NCBI GenBank assembly: GCA_963677595.1
Contig: OY782041.1
Location: 3,808,001 to 3,872,000, forward strand
Reading direction: 5' to 3'
From: Spirochaetia bacterium
GTDB lineage: Bacteria; Spirochaetota; Spirochaetia; CAKZLE01
DNA length: 64,000 nt
Part shown: piece after piece, positions 38,088-47,646 of the stretch
Layout of the letters: each line of letters starts with the position of its first letter
How positions within the stretch are numbered: the first letter of the stretch is position 1
The notes under the pieces: model-generated
Told to the model about the DNA's origin: nothing
Databases searched by the model: none
The model's input: the letters and a program-made list of their open reading frames with translations, nothing else
Translations under genes and position numbers: made by a program

Positions 38088-38726
38088 TTACCTTAAGTCT
38101 TTAATCTTTTGTACTACTTTCTCACAAACTTCATCTATGGTCAAGTACGATGTATCTATATAATAAGCATCATCTGATACCTTTAGAGCCCCAAAAGCTT
38201 TCGTCCGGTCGATCAGGTCCCTTTTCTCGATCTCCTGCTCGATCTCTTCGAGTCTCAATTGGGTATCTTGTTGTTTATACCGTCTTTTTGCTCTTATTTC
38301 AATAGAAGCATCGAAATAAAATTTGAGATCGGCATCGGGAAAGACCACCGTCGTGATATCCCTGCCCTCTACGATGATATCGTCGTGACGTGCAGCCTCA
38401 CGAAGGAGCTCGTTCACGATCTTCCTGATCGGTATGACTGCCGAGATCCTCGCCACATGGCGGTCGATCTCATCGGTGTGGAGCAGGTCCTCAACATCCT
38501 TCCCGTTGAGGTACAGCCGTCCCGACTGCAGTGAGATCCTTGCCTCTCCTGCAGTCGTCACGAGAGATGCCTCATCATAGGGATCCCTCCCGTTCTGCAG
38601 GTGGTCGAGGGCTATCGCCCGGTAATAGTTGCCTGAATTCACATAATAGAGCCCGCCCGCATCCGCGATCCTCTTCGCTATGGTGCTCTTGCCGACGCCA
38701 GCCGGTCCGTCTATCGCTACGATCAT
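38088..38726 (-). CDS. cmk: cytidylate kinase
   Basis: AIDGPAGVGKSTIA, SGNYYRA, VEGRDITTVVFPDA. Confidence 0.96.
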   Translation of the reverse strand: MIVAIDGPAGVGKSTIAKRIADAGGLYYVNSGNYYRAIALDHLQNGRDPYDEASLVTTAGEARISLQSGRLYLNGKDVEDLLHTDEIDRHVARISAVIPIRKIVNELLREAARHDDIIVEGRDITTVVFPDADLKFYFDASIEIRAKRRYKQQDTQLRLEEIEQEIEKRDLIDRTKAFGALKVSDDAYYIDTSYLTIDEVCEKVVQKIKDLR

Positions 38727-39454
38727 GTCCTGTTTCCTCTCAGTATTGATGCTTTCTCTTCTTCTGTCATCGGACGGTATGAGCCTTCCGGGAGGGCCCC
38801 CAGGCGTATCTGTCCGATCCGTATCCGGTGCAGGCGCCTGATCCGGTATCCGAGGGACCGGCAGATCCTCCGGATCTCCCTGTTCTTCCCCTCCCCGAGG
38901 ACGAGCCGTACCGTATGGCTATCGGTGATGGTGAATGCCCTGATCCTGAGCTGTTCGCCATCATCAATGATGCCCTCAGTAAGGACCCGGTCGAAGTCAC
39001 GCTTGAGTATATCCTCTTTGACGGTGACCACATACTCCTTCTCGACCTCGTAACTCGGGTGGCCTACCCGCTGGGCGAACGCCCCGTCATTGGTATAGAT
39101 GATCAGCCCGGTGGACTCCAGGTCGAGTCTCCCCACATGGAAGAGGGAATCCCGGTCCTCAGCATGTATGAGATCCCGCGCGAATCGGTCATGGTGCGGG
39201 TCTGCGTTGCTCGACAGGTAGCCTGCAGGCTTGTTCAGGATATAATAGGCTTTGGGGACAGGCTGCAGCACCTCACTCCTGTACCGTACGACATCACCCT
39301 CCTCTACCTTGAAGCCAGGTGTCGTAACCGGTTCACCATTAATTGAGACATCGCCGTCTGCTATATAGGCTTCACATGCCCTTCGAGACCCCAGCCCGCA
39401 GGCTGCCAAGTACTTCTGCAGGCGGACCGGGAAGGAGATTGGAGCATCACTCAT
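38723..39454 (-). CDS. rluB: RsuA/RluB-family pseudouridine synthase
   Basis: RLQKYLAACGLGSRR S4 domain, VGRLDLESTGL, EGKNREIRR; follows scpB. Confidence 0.88.
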   Translation of the reverse strand: MSDAPISFPVRLQKYLAACGLGSRRACEAYIADGDVSINGEPVTTPGFKVEEGDVVRYRSEVLQPVPKAYYILNKPAGYLSSNADPHHDRFARDLIHAEDRDSLFHVGRLDLESTGLIIYTNDGAFAQRVGHPSYEVEKEYVVTVKEDILKRDFDRVLTEGIIDDGEQLRIRAFTITDSHTVRLVLGEGKNREIRRICRSLGYRIRRLHRIRIGQIRLGALPEGSYRPMTEEEKASILRGNRT

Positions 39455-40010
39455 CCTCATACTCCTCCTCGAGAAGGAACCGTTCCTCATCGATCTCACT
39501 GAGCTTCGGCAGTGATGAGATACTCGAGAGGTTGAAGTTCTTGAGGAACTTCTTCGTCGTCCCGTAGAGCGCGGGCCTCCCAGGGCCCTCCTTGGTGCCG
39601 GTGATCCGGATGAGGTCCTTGTCCTTCAGGATCCTGAGGATGTTCTCGGATGAGACTCCCCTGATCGCCTCGATCTCCTTGCGGGTGATTGGCTGTGAAT
39701 AGGCGATGATCGACAGGGTCTCCAGGGCGGCCCTGGTGAGCCGCTTGTCGATCTTCCTGGCATACCGCTCCTTGAGGTCAGGCCAGAGGTCCTTCTTGGG
39801 GAGGAACTGGTACTCACTCCCCCGTAGGACGAGCTCGATGCCATGCTCTGAATCCCTGAAATAGTCGGTAAGTTCGGTCAATGCCTGTGACACATCAAGG
39901 ATGGTGTACCCAGAGAACTTCGCAAGCTGTTCAAGAGTGACAGAATCCGTCTCCAGGAAGAGGATCGCCTCGACCATCCGTGCACATGTCGATAACGCTG
40001 CTTCACTCAT
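39447..40010 (-). CDS. scpB: SMC-Scp complex subunit ScpB
   Basis: VEAILF, LTRAALETLSIIAYSQPITR, GRPALYGTTKKFL. Confidence 0.95.
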   Translation of the reverse strand: MSEAALSTCARMVEAILFLETDSVTLEQLAKFSGYTILDVSQALTELTDYFRDSEHGIELVLRGSEYQFLPKKDLWPDLKERYARKIDKRLTRAALETLSIIAYSQPITRKEIEAIRGVSSENILRILKDKDLIRITGTKEGPGRPALYGTTKKFLKNFNLSSISSLPKLSEIDEERFLLEEEYEDE

Positions 40011-40803
40011 CACGCATCTCCTCCTGAAGCTGTTCGGCAAGCGACCTCTCCCCGTCACGCCGCTTCAGCCTGATCTCCCCGAACATCCTGTTCTGGAAGA
40101 GGATGATCTTCTTGAACTTGACGGCCTCGAGGATGGCGAGGAACGCGCAGATCACATCTAAAGGGGATCCCTCCCTGACGATCAGGTCCACGAACTCGAT
40201 CTCCTCGCGTTCGGCGAATAACTCGTCCATGAGGACGAGTTTCTCCTTGACCGACACCTCCTCGTAGATGTTGAAAATCCTCTCCGGCGATATGTTCGAC
40301 AGGAGTGAGGAGAATGTCTTGAGCAGGTCCCAGACGTCGATCTCGTCCCAGAGTTCCTCATCATTGAACGGGAGGGCGTTCTGGTGCTTGTTCCGGATGA
40401 AGTAGTAGTCATCCTGGGAATAGTTATCCTCGATCAGCTTGGCATATTTCTTGTACTTATGGTACTCGATGAGCCGGTCGACGAGTTCCTTGCGGGGGTC
40501 GTCGAACTCCTCGTCGAACTCGATCTCGACCGGCAGCAGCATCCTGGACTTGATGTAGATCAGGGTGGCCGCCATCGTGTAGAAATCGGTCAGGTTATCG
40601 AGGTCTATATCCTTCGCGAGCTTGAGGTATGCAAGGTACTGGTCGGTGATCTCCGCGATCGGTATATCGTAGATGTTCACCTCTGACTGCTGGATGAGGA
40701 AGAGCAGGAGATCGAGCGGTCCCTCGAAGGTGTTCAACTTGAACTGCTTCTTCTCCTGAGATCCTGTTTGTTCGGCTGTCTTGAGCTCCAGACCCTCTTC
40801 CAT
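40003..40803 (-). CDS. scpA: segregation/condensation protein ScpA
   Basis: FEGPLDLLLFLI, IAEITDQYL, IKSRMLLP, DPRKELVDRLIEY, FLAILE. Confidence 0.96.
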   Translation of the reverse strand: MEEGLELKTAEQTGSQEKKQFKLNTFEGPLDLLLFLIQQSEVNIYDIPIAEITDQYLAYLKLAKDIDLDNLTDFYTMAATLIYIKSRMLLPVEIEFDEEFDDPRKELVDRLIEYHKYKKYAKLIEDNYSQDDYYFIRNKHQNALPFNDEELWDEIDVWDLLKTFSSLLSNISPERIFNIYEEVSVKEKLVLMDELFAEREEIEFVDLIVREGSPLDVICAFLAILEAVKFKKIILFQNRMFGEIRLKRRDGERSLAEQLQEEMRDE

Positions 40804-40814
40804 TCCCGGTTACT

Positions 40815-41870
40815 CTACTCCTCTACCGTCTCGACCGTGTACCGGTTCGGGAACATGAGCATCCGCAGATTAGCCTCGAGGTCACTGATGATCTCCGGGT
40901 GGCTGAGCAGGAACTCCTTGGCATTTTCCTTGCCCTGCCCGATCTTGTCATCCCCGTAGGAGTACCAGCTGCCGCTCTTCTGGATGAGCTCATACTTGAC
41001 GGAGGCATCGAGGATGCTCGCCTCATAGCTGAGACCCTTGCCGAAGATGAGTTCGAGTTCGACCTTCTTGAACGGCGGTGCCATCTTGTTCTTCACGATC
41101 TTCACCCTGATCCTGTTCCCGATCGCATCATCCGCACTCTTCGAGAGGGTCTCGATCTTCCGTACTTCCATGCGGATCGAGGAGTAGAACTTGAGGGCGT
41201 TCCCGCCGGTAGTCGTCTCCGGGTTCCCGAACATCACACCGATCTTCATCCTGATCTGGTTGATGAAGACGATGCTGCAGTTCGATTTTGACAGGATACC
41301 GGTCAGCTTCCTGAGCGCCTGGCTCATGAGCCTTGCCTGGAGCCCCATATGGGAATCACCCATCTCCCCGTCGATCTCAGCCTGCGGCGTGAGGGCTGCG
41401 ACAGAGTCCACGACGATGATGTCGATCGCCCCGGAACGGATGAGTGACTCGGCGATCTCAAGTGCCTGCTCGCCGGTATCGGGCTGTGAGATCCACAGCT
41501 CGTCGATATTGACCCCGAGATTCCGTGCATAGGAAGGATCAAGCGCATGCTCCGCGTCGATGAAGGCGGCAATGCCGCCCTGCTTCTGGCATTCTGCGAT
41601 AGCATGGAGGGCCAAAGTCGTCTTCCCTGAGGATTCCGGTCCGTAGACCTCGATGATCCTGCCCTTGGGGTAGCCGCCGATGCCGAGGGCCTCATCGAGC
41701 AGGATGGATCCTGACGGGATGTAGTCGATGGATGTGTCTACAGCCCGGTCACCGAGCTTCATGAGCGAGCCCTTGCCGAACTGCTTCTCGATCTGCAGCT
41801 TAGCTGATTCGAGAGCCTGTATCTTGTTCTCCGGCGAAGCCGGCATGGTCTGTACGTTCTTCTTAGCCAT
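40815..41870 (-). CDS. recA: recombinase RecA
   Basis: [47 protein letters not shown]. Confidence 0.99.
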   Translation of the reverse strand: MAKKNVQTMPASPENKIQALESAKLQIEKQFGKGSLMKLGDRAVDTSIDYIPSGSILLDEALGIGGYPKGRIIEVYGPESSGKTTLALHAIAECQKQGGIAAFIDAEHALDPSYARNLGVNIDELWISQPDTGEQALEIAESLIRSGAIDIIVVDSVAALTPQAEIDGEMGDSHMGLQARLMSQALRKLTGILSKSNCSIVFINQIRMKIGVMFGNPETTTGGNALKFYSSIRMEVRKIETLSKSADDAIGNRIRVKIVKNKMAPPFKKVELELIFGKGLSYEASILDASVKYELIQKSGSWYSYGDDKIGQGKENAKEFLLSHPEIISDLEANLRMLMFPNRYTVETVEE

Positions 41871-41932
41871 GTATTCCTCCGATAGTTCTGCTTACTATAC
41901 TATAACAGAAAAAAAGCTATTTTGATTGCGTT

Positions 41933-42376
41933 TTACCGGGAATCCAACAGAATAGTTACCGGACCGTCGTTGGTGTAGGAGACATCCATATGATCCCCGA
42001 ACGAACCGGTCTCCACCTGGAGTGCATAGTCCTCCTCGAGCAGCTGCTTCATCTCCCGGTAGACCCCAACAGCCTCGGCTGGATCCATCGCTCGGTTGAA
42101 GGAGGGCCTGTTGCCCTTCTTCGTGTCAGCACAGAGGGTGAACTGGCTGATGAGCAGGACACTGCCGCCGGACTGTGATACCGAGAGGTTCATCTTTCCC
42201 TCCCCGTCGGTGAAGATCCTCAAGCCGGCGATCTTACGGGCCATGTAAGCGAGGTCTGAGGGCGTATCGCCAGTCTCGACCCCGAGATAGACGAGCAGGC
42301 CCCGCTCGATCCGTCCGGTCGAGCGTCCTTCGACATGGACCTCAGCATCGATGACCCGCTGTACGACTGCCTTCAC
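41933..42376 (-). CDS. dtd: D-aminoacyl-tRNA deacylase
   Basis: KAVVQRV, ISQFTL, KGNRPSF, NDGPVT. Confidence 0.96.
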   Translation of the reverse strand: MKAVVQRVIDAEVHVEGRSTGRIERGLLVYLGVETGDTPSDLAYMARKIAGLRIFTDGEGKMNLSVSQSGGSVLLISQFTLCADTKKGNRPSFNRAMDPAEAVGVYREMKQLLEEDYALQVETGSFGDHMDVSYTNDGPVTILLDSR

Positions 42377-42378
42377 TG

Positions 42379-43041
42379 TTAGGCTTCTACCATCCTGCGT
42401 ATGAAATCGGCACGGTCCTCTGCATAGAAGAACGCACTCCCGGCAACGGTGACATCAACACCAGCGGCCTTCACGGTACCGATGGTATTCATGTTCACTC
42501 CCCCGTCCACGGAGATCAGGTAGTGGTACTCCTCGTGGACCTCACGAAGCTCATAGAGCTTATGTGCCTTCCGGATGCAGTTGTCGATCATCTGCTGGCC
42601 GCCGTAGCCGGGGTTTACCGTCATGACGAGCAGCAGGTCGAGTTCGGGGAGCAGTTCTTCGATCATGTAGAGCGGTGTCGAGGGGATGATGGAGATCCCG
42701 ACCTTCTTACCTGTCTGCCGGATCTGCTGGATAACCCGGTGTGCATGGGTCGTCGACTCGACATGGAAGGTGATATAGTCCGAACCTGCAGCGGCGAAGG
42801 CCTCGATATGGGTCTCCGGGTGCTCGACCATCAGGTGCGTGTCGAACACGAGGTCGGAATGGGGTCTCAGGTCCTCGATGAACTTGTGCCCGAAGCTGAT
42901 GTTTGGTACGAAATTGCCGTCCATGACATCAAGATGTACCCAGGTGGCGCCTGCTTCGCTGATCGAGGTCACCTCAGATACGATGTTGGAAAAATCTGCT
43001 GATAACACAGATGGGGCTACGATTATTTGATGTTCTTTCAT
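42379..43041 (-). CDS. rpe: ribulose-phosphate 3-epimerase
   Basis: APSVLSADF, HLDVMDGNFVPN, DTHLMV, MTVNPGYGGQ, VDGGVN. Confidence 0.97.
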   Translation of the reverse strand: MKEHQIIVAPSVLSADFSNIVSEVTSISEAGATWVHLDVMDGNFVPNISFGHKFIEDLRPHSDLVFDTHLMVEHPETHIEAFAAAGSDYITFHVESTTHAHRVIQQIRQTGKKVGISIIPSTPLYMIEELLPELDLLLVMTVNPGYGGQQMIDNCIRKAHKLYELREVHEEYHYLISVDGGVNMNTIGTVKAAGVDVTVAGSAFFYAEDRADFIRRMVEA

Positions 43042-43161
43042 ACCATAACTTATACCAGAGTTGCGAAGAAAACTCAATCATAAAACCGACAAAGCTGTGC
43101 ATCGGGAAGGGAGGCAATCTTTGCCGAAATCTGATCTAAATTATTGAAAGAAAAAGGGTTT

Positions 43162-43170
43162 TGGTATAAT
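43162..43170 (+). promoter_or_regulatory. extended -10 promoter, about 190 nt upstream of greA
   Basis: TG-G-TATAAT; a TTGAAA also lies upstream at 43144-43149. Confidence 0.55.
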
Positions 43171-43362
43171 CTATAGATTACAGGTGTGTACGTAGTTCTC
43201 GATTTGATATCCAGTTCATGTATGCTTGGTATGCATGCATACTCGTAAAGTTATCAGCCTAGGATGTTCAGTTTCTCACAAGCATTTGACGCTCCAGTTT
43301 CTTATGCTCTGCTGAGAATAGCGTAGAAATCACTAACTTATTATGTATATTGGAGTTATTTA

Positions 43363-46032
43363 ATGTTGGAAAAGATTCAGGAAATGTTGCATGAAGAGAA
43401 GTGGACCAGAGCCACCTTGAACAACTATACGATCAACAGCTTTGCAGAGCTCAATGATATCATCGAAGGTATCAGTGAGGGCGACCTGATGGAGGCAAAG
43501 GAGTTATGTGATGAACATATCATCCATACGAAGACGAGCATCATCGGGCTCTACATCTCCGGTGTGATCTCACTGAGGAAGCACCTCATCGACGATTCCA
43601 ACCTGATCCAGCTCACGAATCTCTTCTATGACAACCGGAAATGGAATATCGTGGAGTTCCTCGCCCTCAAGGTCCTCTCCTACGGGGAGAACAAGATGGC
43701 GCTCAAGACCCTTGCCGAGTGCTACGACAACCAGGGCAAGGAAGAGGAGAAGTTCGAGATATGGGAGCGTCTGGTCAAGGTCGATTATGACGAGACCGAG
43801 ATCCTCAAGATCCTCGCAGAACGGTATGAGGAGAACGGGGAAGTCGAGACTGCCATAGACTACTACAAGAAGTGCATGCACCGGTTCATCAACAAGAGGA
43901 ACTTCAACCAGATCAAGGATATCTGGGGTAAGTTCCTTGACATGATCCCCGAGGAGTATGACTACCTCATGCACGTCAACGTGCGTATCCAGAAGGGTAT
44001 CAACAAGGAGCGTGCTTCGCAGCTCCTCGAGGAGCTCTACCTCTACTACAGCGGCAAGAAGGACTGGGATATCGCGATCGAGATCCTCAAGATGATCCTG
44101 AGCTACCAGCCCACCAACACGGTGGCGCGGTCGAGCATCATCACCTGCTACAAGGAGAAGTACAAGGACCACAGCCGACTCAACAGCTATATCGAGATGT
44201 CCAACCTGACGCAGTCCTACCGCGATATCCAGTCGGCTATCGAGGATTTCGAGAAGCACATCTCCTTCGACGAGGGGACCTTCGTCTACCATAAGACCTG
44301 GGGTATCGGCCGGATCAAGTCCCTCGACAGCGACTCTCTGGTCATCGACTTCGCCTCGAAGCGTGACCATGCCATGTCCCTCCAGATGGGCATCAGGGCC
44401 CTGACCATGCTGCCGAAGAACCATATCTGGGTCATCAAGAGCGTGTTCCCCAAGGAGCGGCTCAAGGCGAAGATCAAGAAGGATGTGGACTGGACCCTGA
44501 AGACCATCATCATGAGCTTCAACAACTCCCTGAGCCTCAAGGCGCTCAAGGCCGAGCTCGTACCCTCGATCCTCACTAATAACGAATGGCTCTCCTGGAG
44601 CTCAAATGCGAAGAAGCTGCTCAAGACCGATCCCCTGTTCAGCATCAACCCCGAAGCTACCGATGAGTATATGGTGCGGACCACACCGATTTCATATGAC
44701 GAGAAGACCCTCAACCTCTTCAAGAGCGAGAAGGACATCTACCAGAAGGTGAAGATCGTCAGGGACTTCCTGGAGAACAGCGATCCCGATTCTGACTACT
44801 TCGCTGAGATCTTCTCCTACTTCACCGGCATACTCAAGAGCTTCACCACAGTGAATGACACCGTCGTGACCAGCTTCCTCTTCGTCCAGAAGCTCATGAA
44901 GAACTACCCATTCCTCACCTCCGGGGTCACCTTCACCTTCAAGGAGATGTTCGATGAGATCGATCATGCGGAGCTGCTCTTCGAAGCCATCAAGGATACC
45001 GAACTGAAGCGTTCCTTCCTTGATGAGGTCAAGAAGTGTGAAGAGGAGTGGGCAGAGTTCTACAAGCGGATGTTCCGCTACTACCAGTCCTCCTTCATCC
45101 TCGACACGCTCTTCAGCGGCAAGCAGAAGGAGATCGCCTTCTCGATCTTCAAGCAGGCATATGACTCCTACAAGGAGGACCCGGACACCTACCTGTGGCT
45201 CGTGAAGAACTACTCGCAGGATTTCTGGACCCAGAAGATCGGCATCACCTATGACCGGGTCATCATCTCGCTGATCCACCTGCTCGACCTGAGCTACCGT
45301 GCGATCGACAACAAGAAGGATGTGAGCAAGAACAGGAAACTGTCCAAGACCACCTACTCCCTCCTCTTCGATGAGGGTGCGCTCCTGGCCTACTTCAAGA
45401 TCTGCGAGCTGAGCTCGATCCAGAGGATCTACCCCCTGATCAACGAGATGGAGGGCCTTACCCCTGCACGGAAGATCGAGGTGAAGCACATCATCAAGGA
45501 GCGCTACCCAGACTTCATCTTCCCTGAGGACACCCTCTCTTCTGACAGTATCAGCGGCGGCCTCCTGGTCACTCTCGAGAGGCTCAAGGACAAGGAGAAG
45601 GAGCTCGCCTACATCACGGAAGTCGCTATTCCTGAGAACTCGAAGGAGATCGGTGAAGCGCGGTTGCTCGGGGACCTCAAGGAGAATGCCGAGTACATCG
45701 CCGGGAAGGAGCGTCAGGAGCTGCTGAACATCAGCCTCGGGAAGCTCAAGGAGGAGCTGACCAAGGCGATCGTCTTCGACCCGAAGAACGTCAACATTGA
45801 GAAGATCTCCTTCGGTACCAAGGTCACCCTCATGAACCGGAAGACCGATACCGAGGAGACCTATACCATCCTCGGACCCTGGGAATCCAACCCGAGCAAG
45901 AACATCATCTCCTATCTCGCACCCTTCGGCGCAGCGTTGCTGAACTCTAAGTCCGGCGAGAACCTGGACTTCGTCATCAATGAGCGTGCCTATGCCTATA
46001 CGGTGCTTGCAATAGAGAGTGCCCTCAGCTAA
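43363..46032 (+). CDS. greA: large GreA fusion protein (TPR-like N-terminal region plus C-terminal GreA domain)
   Basis: C-terminal EARLLGDLKENAEY, ISFGTKVTL, ILGPWES, ISYLAPFG; central FVYHKTWGIGRI. Confidence 0.93.
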   Translation: MLEKIQEMLHEEKWTRATLNNYTINSFAELNDIIEGISEGDLMEAKELCDEHIIHTKTSIIGLYISGVISLRKHLIDDSNLIQLTNLFYDNRKWNIVEFLALKVLSYGENKMALKTLAECYDNQGKEEEKFEIWERLVKVDYDETEILKILAERYEENGEVETAIDYYKKCMHRFINKRNFNQIKDIWGKFLDMIPEEYDYLMHVNVRIQKGINKERASQLLEELYLYYSGKKDWDIAIEILKMILSYQPTNTVARSSIITCYKEKYKDHSRLNSYIEMSNLTQSYRDIQSAIEDFEKHISFDEGTFVYHKTWGIGRIKSLDSDSLVIDFASKRDHAMSLQMGIRALTMLPKNHIWVIKSVFPKERLKAKIKKDVDWTLKTIIMSFNNSLSLKALKAELVPSILTNNEWLSWSSNAKKLLKTDPLFSINPEATDEYMVRTTPISYDEKTLNLFKSEKDIYQKVKIVRDFLENSDPDSDYFAEIFSYFTGILKSFTTVNDTVVTSFLFVQKLMKNYPFLTSGVTFTFKEMFDEIDHAELLFEAIKDTELKRSFLDEVKKCEEEWAEFYKRMFRYYQSSFILDTLFSGKQKEIAFSIFKQAYDSYKEDPDTYLWLVKNYSQDFWTQKIGITYDRVIISLIHLLDLSYRAIDNKKDVSKNRKLSKTTYSLLFDEGALLAYFKICELSSIQRIYPLINEMEGLTPARKIEVKHIIKERYPDFIFPEDTLSSDSISGGLLVTLERLKDKEKELAYITEVAIPENSKEIGEARLLGDLKENAEYIAGKERQELLNISLGKLKEELTKAIVFDPKNVNIEKISFGTKVTLMNRKTDTEETYTILGPWESNPSKNIISYLAPFGAALLNSKSGENLDFVINERAYAYTVLAIESALS

Positions 46033-46059
46033 GAAGGCAACCCTACAGATCGATTCGTT

Positions 46060-46090
46060 GGCGGCAGGTTACTGCCGCCTTCTTCTTCTC
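46060..46090 (+). terminator. hairpin with T-rich tail after greA, overlapping the murJ stop
   Basis: GGCGGCAG-GTTA-CTGCCGCC followed by TTCTTCTTCT. Confidence 0.65.
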
Positions 46091-47646
46091 CAGCTGATCT
46101 CGATCTTTCCTATGCGATAGAAGATCAGGACCACCGCCCCGAAGACCAGTGAGTTCGCGGTGGTCAGCAGCATGCTGCCGAGAGAGCTTCCGTTCCCTAC
46201 CCAGGAGCCGAGAGCCAGGGGCAGTACCCGGGCAGCAGCAACTGCCGGGATGCAGAGCAGCGTGATCTTCACGAACCGCCCCAGGATCGGCAGAAGTTCC
46301 AGCCGGTACGCAGTCTTCAGCTGTATGTATACGATAAGATAGATGATCCCTACGGTGAAGCTAAAACTGTTGGCCAGGGCCAGGAAAGAGACATCGAGGC
46401 CTTCAGCGACTGCGATGATTGATGCCGCGATATCCAATGCGGCGACGATGACCGATGAGATGAGGGTCACCCGGTAGCTCCCGATCGAGTAGAAGAACTT
46501 CAGCAGGAAGTTATAGCCTGCCACACTGTAGAGACCGATGGCGAACATGCGGACGGTCTTTGCCGTGAGCAGCGTGTTCTCCAGGGTATAGGCCCCCCGA
46601 TAGAGGATGGCGGAGACGAACTCCCCGCTGGAGATGAGCAGCAGCCCGATCGACGGGATGATGAAGACCATCAGCTGCTTCAGTCCCCCTACCATCTCCT
46701 GCTTCAACTCATCGTAGGATTGCCTGTGGAATGCCCTGCTCATCTTCGGGAAATAGACCGTGGCGATCGCGCTGAAGAAGAGGCCGTAGGGAAGCTGCCA
46801 GAAGATGATCGAGTTGCTGAACGCCGTCACGCTCCCCTCCTGCAGCCCGGAAGCCAGGAAGTAGGCTACCTGCTGGTTGATGATCGCTATCGAGGAGGTC
46901 ACCATGACCGGGAGCCAGTAGGTTAAGACCTGCCTGAGGTATGGGGATCTCCTTGAGAATCCGGGAAGGATAGAGAAACCTTCTCTCCGGAAGGCAGGTT
47001 GAAGGATCAGCAGATGAAGGATACCACCGATAACGACCCCTGCTGCGAAGACGTAAGGGTTCCCTCCCCGGCCGAATATCAGGAGTGCGCCGATCACTGC
47101 TACTGAGAACGTGAGGGGTGCGACAGCGGCGACCGTAAAGGCTGACCTGCAGTGCAGGGTCGAGGATATGACGGCGATCACGGAGATCAGCAGCAGGTAG
47201 ATGGAGAAATACCCGAGCAGTTTTCCCGAGAGTCTGAGGGCTTCCGGGTCCGTGAAGCCCGAGATGGCGGCGATGACCTGCTCACCGAAGAGGAGCACAC
47301 AGATGATGACCGGTATGAGTATGACTGCCTGCAGGCCAATCATATTCCGCACCAGCAGGGGCGCTTCATGTCCCCCTGAGTCCTCATCTTCTGAGAGCGC
47401 CTTCGAGAGCACTGGTATATAAGCATTCGAGAGTGCACCTTCGGCAAGCAGCTTCCTGAAGTTGTTCGGGATGTTGAAGGTGAAGTTTATGATATCAGCG
47501 GTACCGGAAGCCCCGAAGATAGCTGATACCGCACTTACCCGCACGATACCGAGGATGCGTGAGGCGAAGGTGCAGGCCATGATGACATAGGTGTTCCTCA
47601 CCGTCGCATCATGGCCCTGTGCAGCCTCACTTCTTCCCATATTCAC
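46069..47646 (-). CDS. murJ: lipid II flippase MurJ (MviN)
   Basis: SRILGIVR, FNIPNNFRKLLAEGALSNAYIP, WQLPYGLF; many TM segments. Confidence 0.94.
   Translation of the reverse strand: MNMGRSEAAQGHDATVRNTYVIMACTFASRILGIVRVSAVSAIFGASGTADIINFTFNIPNNFRKLLAEGALSNAYIPVLSKALSEDEDSGGHEAPLLVRNMIGLQAVILIPVIICVLLFGEQVIAAISGFTDPEALRLSGKLLGYFSIYLLLISVIAVISSTLHCRSAFTVAAVAPLTFSVAVIGALLIFGRGGNPYVFAAGVVIGGILHLLILQPAFRREGFSILPGFSRRSPYLRQVLTYWLPVMVTSSIAIINQQVAYFLASGLQEGSVTAFSNSIIFWQLPYGLFFSAIATVYFPKMSRAFHRQSYDELKQEMVGGLKQLMVFIIPSIGLLLISSGEFVSAILYRGAYTLENTLLTAKTVRMFAIGLYSVAGYNFLLKFFYSIGSYRVTLISSVIVAALDIAASIIAVAEGLDVSFLALANSFSFTVGIIYLIVYIQLKTAYRLELLPILGRFVKITLLCIPAVAAARVLPLALGSWVGNGSSLGSMLLTTANSLVFGAVVLIFYRIGKIEISWRRRRRQ

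Noticed and set aside
38116-38144. Internal rpsA promoter in the cmk 3' end (TTGACC-17-GAAAGT)
   Set aside because: The -10 is too poor to call from sequence alone, although the region is AT-rich
41871-41932. LexA/SOS box upstream of recA
   Set aside because: Only an extended -10-like element is visible; no convincing palindrome
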